From Bispira polyomma (Eukaryota), in NCBI GenBank assembly GCA_965649765.1, contig OZ287748.1, positions 73,780,001 through 73,844,000 of the forward strand: a DNA stretch of 64,000 bases. The letters run 5' to 3'. Each line of letters begins with the position of its first letter. The first letter of the stretch is position 1. A program made the translations under genes and the position numbers. Below are positions 1-11,670 of the stretch, in pieces. A model generated the notes under the pieces. That model saw only the letters and a list, made by a program, of their open reading frames with translations, did not search any database and was not told the DNA's origin.

Positions 1-980
1 AGGTTTTTTTATTAAAGGAGTGACAATAGCCTTTTTAAAATCATCTGGAAAGACGCCATTTATCAACGAGAGGTTGATAAGTTTTGTGATTGAGGGCAAT
101 AAAATGTCAATACATTCTTTGACAAGGAATGTGGGCCACGGATCTAACAAGCAAGATTTTACGGGTGATGCCAGTATAATTTTCCTGACTTCATCAACAG
201 TTACTGTGGAGAAACAGTTGAAGACGGTTGGTGGAGCTGCTGGTAAAGGGGCATTTGGGGCAGCTAATGTAAAACCGTCACGGATTCTGGTAATTTTATC
301 AGTGAAAAAAGTACTAAAAATGTTTGCCAGTGATTTGCTATTGGAATTTTCGGGTAGTATAGTCTGTTTTTTACGGTGGAGGGTGTTATTTAGTTTTTGC
401 CAAAGTTTCTTCGGGTCACCCTCGCTTTGTGATATCATGTTGGCATAGTAGACACGTTTTGAGTCATTTATAGTGTTGTTGCACCGGGTGATCCATTGGC
501 GTAGTCTAGATCTATTTGTAGCTGTTTTGTTTCGGCGCCATGTTCGTTCGGCTTGCCTGCACAGCATCTTCATTTCACGATAATTACTGGTGATCCACTC
601 AGGTGCTGGCTTCTTCAATGTCTTTGATTTACATGGCGCATGGCGTTCTATAAGAGACTGCAGGTCAGTGCAGTACTGTGTGTATAGGTCAGTGGCATTA
701 TCAGCAGGAGACTTGACGAAGGCCGTATCTGCCAACTCTTGTCTAAGGTCAGACATTGATTTTTTGAAATTGCCGAAAAGTGATTTGTGTGACATCAAAA
801 GATGGTGGGGAGGGAGCATCAATTTCACAGGATATCGAAAAATGATCACTGATGCAACCAATGTTTTTTATGTTTCTGATACCATTGAAATCAATCGGAG
901 TTAGCAAGCAGTCTAGTGTATGCCCATGAATATGGGTAGGGAAGTTTGTGTGTTGGGTAAGATTGCAAGATTCCAAAACG
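1..980 (-). mobile_element. L2/CR1-clade non-LTR retrotransposon ORF2 fragment (end of endonuclease, linker, start of RT region), disrupted
   Basis: Minus strand reads PTHIHGHTLDCLLT...ISDH (AP endonuclease end), then after a frame break WITSNY...KKLWQKL...SCLLDPWPTFLVKEC...LINLSLINGVFPDDFKKAIVTPLIKK, typical of L2/CR1 ORF2. Runs off the window start. Confidence 0.9.
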
Positions 981-1402
981 AGATATGAATTTCTCTATAA
1001 CCACGTGGTGTCAGTATTTATAATGCATAAATGTAGTAAATATGAAGAAAAAGTTCAACCGGCTGTATTTAATTAAATTATTAGGGAGATTTATGTTGAT
1101 ACTATTTGATAAAAATCTCTGTCATAATAAAACGGCAAGCAAATCTCTTTAATGGCCGCCAATTTGCCAGTGTTTTGGGTCAAGGCCACAGATTGGGAGT
1201 ACTCTGGGAGCTTTCAACCTACGAGCCGTGTCCACCAGCTGTGTGGCCGTTCTTGGCGTTATTTACGAGATGTGAGGTGGTAAACACGGCTCGGAACAAT
1301 GACACGAACGGCACATTAGTATATACCCAAATTGTTTTGCTTTACGACATTGGGCGATAATTAGTGTTACCAAACCAAAACCTTGTAAACTTGTGATAGA
1401 AT

Positions 1403-4400
1403 ATGGCAGCTTCATTTTTCACCAGAGAAAGATATGGTTATTCTGTGGAATTTTCTCCATATGTAGCACAACGATTTGCAGTTGCAACATCAGAGAACTT
1501 TGGAATTGCAGGTATCGTTGTACTATTATCCTTGCATTTTTGTTTTCGACGGTGTAAGACAATTTACCGCATTTTATGGATATTTATGCGCTATCATTGT
1601 GTAAATATAGTACCACATTGTAGGACATATTGTTTTCTTTATTTTAATATAAAATTCACGGAATGTTTCCATTTATAAATATAGTTTAAACTCCTTTTAT
1701 TAAATACTGCAGGGGCCGCGGTGGCCTAGTGGTTAGCAAGCATTGCGCTTCACAATCACTGGTCTCTCACCTCTGGATGGCGTGAGTTCGAATCCCGTCG
1801 ATGCCTATGTAGGAAAGGTGGTAGTTCCGTACTGTGGGCCGCTGGTTTCAGTGCAGAACCTTGATCAACTGTATGCAGTGTTTCCTCCAGCGTTTCCAAC
1901 TACCCGTCCCAATATAACCTAAACAGGTACTAGAATGGACATTAAATATCCAAATTCAAATATTATATACTGCAATTAGTTTTGTATAATCTAATCTAAT
2001 CTAGTCGTACTTTTATAGCGCTTAATCTTTGTACAACAAATTCTAAGGCGCAACAAACCCAAAACGTTAATCGCAAATCAAAAATAGTGGGCAGATGGAA
2101 GTCATAACCAGGGAGACTACCGTAGATGGTTGCGACGGCTAAGGTGGAAAAGCCTGTTCAAAAAGATAGGCCTTCAGCTTACTCCTGAAAGAGGAGAAAG
2201 TTTGAGCCAGGCGAACATGATCAGGTAGGCTGTTCCAAATGAGGGGGCCATCATGAGCTAGGCAGTGATTGAACTGAACTTTGGATTTGTGGATGCGAGG
2301 GTCGAAAGTGGGAATGTTAAGGTATAATTTATCAGGGTTACTGCGCCTAGTCCTGACTGAGCATGTATATTTGGATAGATGGGGGCTAAAATAAGTGGGT
2401 AATCCAGAATTTAGAAATTTATATATTATTGTTGCTGTTTTGAAAGCAACACGATATTTTATTGGGAGCCAGTGCAGTGACTTCAGTACAGGAGTAATAT
2501 AGTATACTAAAAACAGTTACTGGTTATTGACATTGATGCTTAAATTCATCAAACCCACATGTTAAGTTTATAAAGAAAAGCACACACAGTTCTTTTTCAT
2601 TGATTTTTCCACGAGTTACAAGCATTTATTTTAATAAATATTACACAAATATATTTTTTTTAATGCAAATGAAATTGCGTACGGCAATTTTTTACTGAGC
2701 AATATTTGGAAGTCGATTTTCTCGAATAGGTTTAAAATCTGCACACTCAATTTTATTTGCATAGAAAATATTTTTACGTACTGTTTTATTAAAATAAAAT
2801 GGTCTATTTAATGAGAAATTCAATGAATTGTCAATTTATATCCTAATATTTTAAAAATTACAATATACTAGACCAGCTAGCTTCGCCAAATTTGCAGGAT
2901 ATCTTCATTGGGAGGTAAGCTTCTCTGCGACTGAAATTAGCCTCATTCAGAAAAATAAGATGGCAGCCATAGGTATTTCATTGAAAATTATCCACCTTTT
3001 TCTACTGGCTGGTTCTCATAACTAGAAGGTTAAATATCTTCATAGGAAATCATGGGCTAGGAATCTTCTGATGTGGTCAAGTTTGACCTTGGACCCCTTA
3101 TTCAAGGTCAAACAAGGTATCCAAACTTAAAAGTGCTTATAACTCGCTTATTATTAGTCCTAGAAGTTTGGCATGTGAAGCCTACCTATAGGAAATCATG
3201 GGCTGGGAATCTTATGATTGGGTCAGGTTTGACCTTGGGCCCCTCCATCAAGGTCAGACGAGGGCAGTTAAACTCGTAAGTGCTTATAACTTGCTTATTA
3301 TTGGTCCTACAGTTTTGAAATGTAAAACCAACCTATAGGAAATCATGGGCTGGGAGTCTTCTGATGTGGTCAGGTTTGACCTTAGATTTGACCTAGTTAG
3401 CAGCAAATAAATTTGATTTTTAAACATCCTCAAACAGAGGGTCCTGTTTTCATGGGGACTTATATTAGGAGTTGTAAATATTGTTTGAACAAGTACCTTA
3501 CCACGGCTGATATTTTCGATGAAAACAAATTCAAGATCTAACATTTTGATGCTAAAACACCATCAAAAGTAAACTATTTAACATGATTAATGATGGATCA
3601 TTTAACATGCCCCAAAATAAACTGGTTTTAGGCACAGGTATTACCTTAACTTCATCTTTTGGTAATATATTGGTACAAGAATCATTTTCAATTGATAAAT
3701 GCAAACATTGCTGTTTTATAAGGACATTTGACACACACACTCCACTTTGACACAGTTCACTAATTGATTAGTATCAGAAACAATAATCTGCGAAAATAGG
3801 AGACCCACGAAAATTGGTCACCTGGTGATAGATACAGCCATTTATTCAATTTAAATTTTCGAGGAAAACGCCATAAAATATGGGGTGGTCTGTCTTTTTA
3901 ATAAAATGGGCCATTTGTTTTACAGGGCGAGATGTCTTGAAACCTATTACACCACAGTGTTCATTGCCCTTAGGTAGACCAAGTTCACGGTTCTTGCCGA
4001 AACAAGTAAACCGAGTACCCCAATCATTCACATTAAGCAACTTCTCGACATGCAACAATACTGCTTTTAGTACTGCTTTAACCACCTAGATGTGGAATCT
4101 ACTATTGCGAAATTTACTAGCTGACTACGCAGGTGTTCATAACACTGCTTCATCGTTCATATTCTCCCCTCCCCCCCCCCCCCCTGTATCTGTATGATTG
4201 GTTGAAGTGTGTCAAAAAAGTTACGTTGAAACATTTGATTAAAAACCCTAAATTTTTACATTTTAAATTTGGCAAAGTTTTAATGCATGGAGTAAAATTA
4301 CCTCACAAGTTAAGGAGATAGAAGAGTGTTAAAACAGTTATGTAAATATTTCAAAGATGGCGTCCAACTAGACAAAATTTTACAATTATTTTTTCTTTTA

Positions 4401-7400
4401 ACAGACAAAATTTCACAATTATTTTTCACACTACCAATGCTTTCGGCGTGGCAATAAAATACAAATGTCCTAATAGTATCTGGTCAATTGTTTTGAGTAG
4501 AATGAACATTTTTAACTTATATACACAATTTATGCCCTTTAACTTCCTATTATACACTTCTAAATACTAGTAGTAATAGCTATGAACACATTATTATGTA
4601 CTTGTGCAAAAGGTGAATTTACTACAAAAGTAATGCTATACATTTGTTGTCTGAATTTCTCAAATATTATAAATACAATTAATATAAACTTATCAGCGTG
4701 TGTTTACTGTTCCAACTAATTACAACATTGGCACCATTCTTTTGTTAATATCCTTAATCACTTTTATCCTTATTTTAAATAATAATTTCAGGTGGAGGTA
4801 GCTTATTTTTTCTGGATACTTTACCAAATGGTCAGATAGTTGAAGTTAGGACTTTTAACTGGTCAAACGGCTTGTTTGATGTCACATGGAGTGAAAACAA
4901 TGAGCATTTAGCTGTATGTGGGAGTGGTGATGGTACTGTACAACTCTGGAATATAACACAGCCTACGGTTAGTTAGTGATAACACAGTCTACGGTTAGTG
5001 AGTGATCGTCAGAATGACATAAAAACTGTACAACTCCGATATATAACACAGCCTACGGTTAGTTAGTGATTTTTAGAATGACATAAAAACTATACAACTC
5101 TGGAATATAACACAGCCTACGGTTAGTTAGTTAGTGATTGTTAGAATGACATAAAAACTATATAACTCTGGAATATAACACAGCCTACGGTTAGTTAGTG
5201 ATTGTTAGAATGACATAAAAACTATACAACTCTGGAATATAACACAGCCTACGGTTAGTTAGTGATTGTTAGCACAGAAACATTAAGCTCTTTGAAGGTT
5301 ATTTGATATACTTATAGGTTATGTATTTGAGAGTTTGTTTGATATACATGTACGTACATGTATATGTTATAACAGAAATTGCTATGTCACATATTAAATA
5401 CCTGTGAAACCTGTATTCAGTCATAATGATATACGTATTTAACACTATAACTATATGTTATAATAGAAATAACTCCAAATTACAGTGTCACAAATTTAAT
5501 GCTTTATGTGAAATAAAGAGATTTTAGTAAGTTGTAGCATAGCGTTAGTTTGCAAATATATTAAATTAATAAAAACATATTCCTTGTTATTTGGTCTATA
5601 TTTTGATCTCAAATATTAAATGGTGTGTTATGTTAATATTTTAACACAATATGTTGGCTGTGTGTTTTAATTGTAGGAAACGTGTTTTAATTATAGTTCT
5701 TGAACCATTTTTCAGGGTCCTGTACAAGTATGGAAAGACCACGGGAAGGAGGTAGGTTTGTGTGGGTTATTATATATCCCATTTTTAAGGCATTTTATGT
5801 AGAAGTTTAACCACGTCTAAGATGAACATTTAGGATGTTATTGTCAAATAGTTTATCAGCATAGTTCTAAACAGGGCAGTAATGTCGACAATAAGGTATT
5901 TATTTGTACAAAGTTTACATGAACAAGTTGTAAATATTCTGAGCAGATAGAAAGGTTGATTACCATATTCAATTATTCATATGCTTACCAGTGACTAATT
6001 AACATTTATATGCTTACTGGCTATGACATTTTTTTGGTTTGACCAGGACATTTGCGTGAAAATGGCAAAATAATTAATTATTAACGGACATAAGAACAAA
6101 ACAGAAAAAAAGCACAGAGACTTTATAAACTCGTTTTGAGGTTTTGTTGGGTTGATAATTGATTCTATATAATACAGGTGTACGGTGTCAACTGGAGTCC
6201 AGTTAGGGGTGAAAACTTTGTACTGAGTGCTTCTTGGGACAAAACAGTCAAATTGGTAAGTAGAGGTAGTCTGTTTGTGTGGTTATGTTGTTAACATAGT
6301 ATATGAGTTCAGGATTTCTTTGTTTCACACTGCAAAAAGAAGTTACAAGGTAATTTAGAGGGGTTTTAACCTCTTTTTGTTGTCAAATATAAAAATGTTA
6401 TAATACAGTGGAACTTAACATAAGTCGGATGTCCTAGGGACAGTCATATTCAGGATAGTGACTCAACAACAATCAAGATGTCTTTTCTACATGTCGAGTC
6501 ACTGCAACTTTAGGTTGGGACAGTAAAAATGTTGTCTCTGGTGATATGCCACGTTGAAAAACAGTTAATATTGTCATCTGATTTCACTGCAGGCTGAAAA
6601 CCTCACTATGTTAAACATCAAGGCCATTCTCTGATCAATTAGTTAAATATATGTACATGTACTTATATAAAACAGGATCTTAAAATTTATTTACGCCAAG
6701 CTTTAACAATCAGTGTATGGTACAAACATTAGACCCAAAATGCCAAAATGCATTCATTCTATAATTCATTTGTCATCATTTGTCATCATAGTTTACAAAA
6801 TTCTAATGATTTTCATTCACTAATTCCAGCATTAAATACTGAATGGTGTCTATTATATTTTCCTTAGTGGGACATGAATGGTGGCAAGTGTCTGGCCACC
6901 TATGAGGGACATGATCATGTGGTCTACACTGCTGTCTGGGCACCTCTAGTCTCTGCATGCTTCGCCTCAGTCTCAGGTAAGACTTTTCTGTTCTTCAGAT
7001 GCTGGTTGAAGCCCAGATATAAGGGCATGGAATAATAGACACACAGTAGAGTCTCTGGTATCTGAATTTCTATTATCTGGAAATTCAAGTTTTTGAACTT
7101 AATTTAATCTTTGCGAATTCATATTTCTTCCTGTTTTTGTGCTCAATTAGTTCTTCTGGTTTATGAACATCCCCCATTGTCCAGTCTCTGGTATTAGTAT
7201 CACCTAACCAAGCAGCAAGCTTACACTTGATGTCACTGTTAGCCCATTCAACAGGCCCCTTGCCTCTGAGGATGTGGCTTGGATGTAAAAATGAATTTCA
7301 TCCCTTGCACATATTCTCTGAAATTGGTTAAGTGAATGTGTAAGAACCACCACTGACCAAATCAGTTATACATCTCACTTTTGTATTAATGTAAGGAATG

Positions 7401-10400
7401 TTGTTAGAACAGATAATTTTGCAGCAATTGCAAAAGTTTCTGTCCACAAAAAGTTAAAGAATATTTTTACTTCTTTTCAGATGTAATGTATTTTAATATG
7501 CTTGTGTGTATTAATTCAGTTGAGTACTCAATGTGGAATGAACACACTAAGATGTTAATGCTGATTGCTTCACCTTCATATTCGTAACTACTGTATGAGT
7601 GAATGACAGTATATGGTCCTATATATAGACCATGTGGAAATCATTGTACATGGAAATAACCTATACTTGTGACCATTCATTTTAATAGATCTTTTTAGTT
7701 ATAGAGAATCTAGATTAAAGTTGAGTATGAGTTTGAGCTGAGTATACGTTCAAGAAAAGCAGCCCAGAGTTATCCAAATATTGGATTTCGTGAACTCATT
7801 TCCACTCTCTAACATTTTCCTATTGGTTGTACACAAATGCCTATCTGGATAATAGAGGTTTTCATGTAGGTTGACTTGCAACATAATGCCTAGTTTTTGC
7901 CCCTGTCACACCAGGAGACAAGACTTTACGTGTGTGGGATGCCAGGAAGCAGTACATGCCACAGATGGTGATCCCTGCCCACACATCAGAAGTCATCACC
8001 TGTGATTGGTGCAAGTATAATCAGGTATGACGTGTAGGTATTGATCTACACTATTTGTAAATTTTGGAAGAAAAACTTGTGGTATGGCAAAACCCCTATA
8101 ATAAGTCCATCAACTGTTTTGTGATGTCACAGCTATGGTATGGCAAAACCCCTCCAATAAGTCCATCAACTGTTTTGTGATGTCACAACCATCATGACAT
8201 CACAATACAGTGACATGACAGTCACACTAGTTATGATTGGTTTTCAATAAAATTATTTAACATATTTGACACAGGATACTTCTTCAAGGTACTTGAAATA
8301 CATGACTCAAACCAAATCATTCAAGCATGGTCACGCAACTGTACAAGACGTACTAGAGTTAACTTTTTACCATGTTTAATAATACACAGTGGTTAAATAC
8401 ATCGATAAAATTCCCAACATCTGGCAAAAAAACATTGTTCCTTCAAAGTCAAAGGTTAAAGACAATTAAATACCCCTATATAGAATTTGATACTTGGGAT
8501 TTATATGTGCACATGGTCTATACTTTCCACAGTTACTCACTAGATGGCGCCACCCTGCGAAAGTGAGAAAGTAAATAAACACATATAAAAATGGTTACTC
8601 ATATTTAAACTTGAATATGTTAAGCATTTCTCAACAGATTTTGATGAAAAAAAAGCACAACATTCGAAATAAAATGAGTTATCAAAAAAAAAAACTTCGC
8701 GGAACGAATTTAATTGAAAATTACTTACCAAAACAAACTTTTATGAATTTGGTGTTTCCCGGTATGCGCTTCCCGAAATTAAATGATTTGCCGACATACA
8801 ACATTTTTGTTCGATGCCAGGAAATATATCCATGCATACCACATCTCCGTTAATAATATTACTCTCCAAACTTGTATGGTTCTACTGTTTGTGATTGGAA
8901 CCTTTTGCTCAGCGCTGCTTTACACTCTTCTATATTTATCCCAGTTACAGAATCTAGTCATTACTGGAGGTCTCATGTCTATAAATTAAGTGCTTTCCAC
9001 CCTTGGTTAAGCAGTTTGCCCACATGGTCATCTGACAATGTGGCCCTCGTAGGCCACTCCATTCTGTTCTTGTTGTAAATTCTATCATCTGAAAAAAACT
9101 TACACTCCTCTTACAGAATATAGTCCTTTGTAGTTTTACTGTATGTGTTTATAACATAGTTGCACACTCTTCTACGTTTCTGCCTCTTTCAGAATCTAGT
9201 CATCACCGGAGGTGTAGATGGTGCTATAAAAGGCTGGGACTTGAGGAATTACAAGCAGCCTGTGTTTGAGCTTAAAGGTCACAAGTATGCTATCAGGCGC
9301 CTCAAGGTATGAGCTTAAAAGTCACCAGTTTGCTATAAGTATATTCAAAGTATGAGTTTCAAGGTCACCAGCACACTATAAGGAGACTCGAAGTATGAGC
9401 TTCAAGGTCACCAGCATGCTATAAGGAGACTCAAGGTATGAGCTTAAGGTCACCAGTATGCTATCAAAAGACCGGTTGCTCCTTAGAATTCACCAGGACA
9501 GAGATTAAGTGCAATTACGGAATTGATTAGTTTAGATTATTCAATTTGAAAAGCACGTCCCCATGTATTTTTAATATTGTATTTTACAAGAAATTAATTA
9601 TTTCTAATTATTATATTAATAGTAAAAATGAAATGCTGCAAGGTTCAATTATCATCAGAAATTGTGAACTCCAAACTTTCGTCCCAGTAATTATGGTCAG
9701 TAGTGATTATTCACCAAAAAAATAATAATAACTTAGGTTGATCCTTTTGCACTAAAAATAGGGTACCACAAGAAGAATTGTTTGTATCTTATTATACAGG
9801 CATTTATAAAGCACCAGCTATATGGTAAATATTGAATTAGCCACAGTGATGTAATATAACTTGTTTTATTTTTCAGTGTTCACCCTTCCAGGGAAGTATC
9901 TTGGCAACATGTTCCTATGACTTTTCTACACGGTGAGGCTTTTGGAAATGTCAACTTTGTGTATTGATTCTTTTAACAATGAAAATAAGTGTTTTACAGC
10001 TTTCTTTATGTTATGTAGATACAATTTACGATGCGTGTAACGTAGTATGGCTAATAAGGGCAGTACCCGGTATTTAAAAAAAGGAAAATTTATGTTGTAA
10101 ATTGCATATTTTTATTGTAACAGCTCCCAGTATTTATAGTAACTAAGTTTAAAATTAAAACAAAGAAATAGTTTTAATGAATATTATAATGATTTTCAAG
10201 TATTTTAGCTAGTATTTAGGTCCTGTTGTGTTTTGCTTGTATTACTTAGTTTCTGGGATATCCGGCAGTCTGACCCTTTAGAGGTGATAGAACATCACTC
10301 GGAGTTTGTGTGTGGGCTGTCTTTTAATATTCACATCCCTGGTCAGGTAAAGTACACAGATTATTAAATAAACTTATGCCTTGTTTCAGTGAAAGTAAAT

Positions 10401-11670
10401 TCTAAAAAGAAATATAACATAAATGTGTTACACTATTTTAAATGGATTCTAAGTAAACATGGGACTTTCCTTCTAAATGTGATATTTCATTGTGTCCAAG
10501 TACCATTACAGTGTTATGTACAGTTATAATACAATTACATGCAAGGTATGTCAGTAATGTGACACCGATTTGATATATTGATTCCTATTAAAATAACACT
10601 TTCTGTGGCTGTATTCTTTAAATAATAATTTAAATAAATTCTTTAAACTTAAGCTTAAAGTCAGACTCAGCTCAAAGGTAGACTATGTCTACATCCTTGT
10701 ACATGGAAGTGACCTCAAAGGTAGACTATGCCTACATATTTGTACACATGGAAGTAACCTTAAAGTAGACTATGTCTATATTATGTACATGGAAGTAACC
10801 TTAAAGGTAGACTATGTCTACATTCTTGTAGATGGAAGTAACATCAAATAGAAGTAACCTATACTTGTGACCATTCATTTTAATAGAGCTTCCAGTGCTG
10901 AATTCAAATATACAGTCAGATTTTACTTAATATCACTCCAGCCAGATATGGAGACTTCAGTTTTGAGCTGGGGTCTGAGTTGAGCCGAGATCTTTCTAGA
11001 ATACAGCCCCTGATTAATAGGAGTCTTAAGCAGTGCTAAGTACCGACATGGTCTTATATAGGTTTAATAACATCACATCTGCAGGTAAACTGGCACACCA
11101 TAGAGTTGGCCTTTCTGTGTGTAGAACAAAAAATATTCCCATGCAAAACATTTTCTTAAATTTTTTTATTTTTCACAAAGAAAGCTTCTGACTATGTTGC
11201 TGCTAGAGATTAACCTGTCTCTAATATATAAGCAGTGGTTAAATATATGTAAACATTATGGATAGTTCTTACGATGTCTGGGAGCCAGGGTACATTTGTA
11301 CAAATGTATATTTTATTCACAAAAAGACTTAGTCTTTTAACTTAGTCTTAAGCTAAACATTTAAGTCTAATATATTTAAGACCTCTACTGCTAGCCTTTA
11401 GTGTAAACAGCGAAGTTAACACTAACCAACGATCTTTTCTTAGTGTCACTCGGACTAAAACCACAATAATTATCTTAGACTTTTCCGCCAGAATCATAAA
11501 ACTAAGTTGGGGCTAAAACCCTTTTGTGAACACGGCTTAAGATGAACTTGCAGGGTATGTGTGACTCTATATTTTAGGTGGCTGACTGTTCCTGGGACCA
11601 GTCGGTTAAAGTGTACAGTCCGCAGTGTCTGTTACCACAGCAACAAGCTCCTCCCCCTCCCGTACCTTAA
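1403..11670 (+). CDS. PEX7: Peroxisomal targeting signal 2 receptor (peroxin-7, WD40), complete, 10 coding exons, 325 aa
   Basis: Exons 1403-1511, 4792-4967, 5716-5751, 6178-6255, 6868-6976, 7915-8024, 9193-9306, 9877-9932, 10250-10346, 11578-11670. All introns GT-AG and phase-compatible, 978 nt total. Motifs [99 protein letters not shown] match PEX7. Confidence 0.97.
1712..1960 (+). mobile_element. tRNA-derived SINE, full length, in PEX7 intron 1
   Basis: A box TGGCCTAGTGG, B box GTTCGAATCC, CAAATT-type tail. Flanked by a 14 bp TSD TATTA(A/T)ATACTGCA at 1698-1711 and 1961-1974. Same family as 20047-20298. Confidence 0.9.
1988..2498 (-). mobile_element. 5'-truncated L2-type LINE 3' end
   Basis: Minus strand encodes [16 protein letters not shown]...WNSLPDHVR...[10 protein letters not shown] followed by a (TAGAT)n tail. 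Near-identical to 24600-25190. Confidence 0.88.
3040..3395. repeat. Tandem repeat, unit ~146-147 bp, about 2.3 copies
   Basis: AGGAAATCATGGGCT recurs at 3044, 3190, 3337 with TTTGACCTT/CAAGGTCA motifs, reminiscent of Helitron-associated satellites of molluscs (family assignment is inference). Confidence 0.8.
4935..5272 (+). repeat. Minisatellite (~64 bp unit) spanning the PEX7 exon 2 end and splice donor
   Basis: CTACG|GTTAGT donor repeated after 4967, 4993, 5057, 5121, 5189, 5253. Confidence 0.93.
8080..8187. repeat. 56 bp direct duplication in PEX7 intron 6
   Basis: TGGTATGGCAAAACCCCT...GTGATGTCACA at 8080 and 8136. Confidence 0.85.
9268..9470 (+). repeat. Minisatellite (43 bp unit, ~5 copies) spanning the PEX7 exon 7 end and donor
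   Basis: GAGCTTAAAGGTCAC-like unit starts at 9268, 9311, 9354, 9397, 9440. Confidence 0.9.
10606..11009. mobile_element. MITE, PIF/Harbinger-like, with internal ~43 bp tandem repeats
   Basis: TIRs GGCTGTATTCT / AGAATACAGCC, CTG on both sides as a 3 bp TSD, internal AAAGGTAGACTATGTCTACA...CATGGAAGT x4. Related fragments near 7640-7770 and 58920-59125. Confidence 0.75.
11313..11537. mobile_element. MITE, Harbinger-like, same family as 30433-30633
   Basis: TATTCACAAAA...CTTTTGTGAACACGGC termini and shared GACTTAGTC/ACTAAG internal motifs. Confidence 0.65.

Noticed and set aside
20-904. Plus-strand ORFs 20-448 and 590-904
   Set aside because: They are antisense shadows of the LINE ORF2 on the minus strand.
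1106-1360. GC-richer ORF before PEX7 as a divergent or upstream gene
   Set aside because: TTG start and no convincing frame or splice signals; more likely promoter sequence.
1403-1678. 91 aa ORF as a complete gene
   Set aside because: Only 1403-1511 is PEX7 exon 1; the rest is intron read-through.
1712-1800. Possible tRNA gene
   Set aside because: The A and B boxes continue into a SINE body, tail and TSD, and the sequence is dispersed; I could not see a proper cloverleaf.
4935-5272. CRISPR-like array
   Set aside because: The units repeat in full with no unique spacers, the context is eukaryotic, and there are no cas genes.
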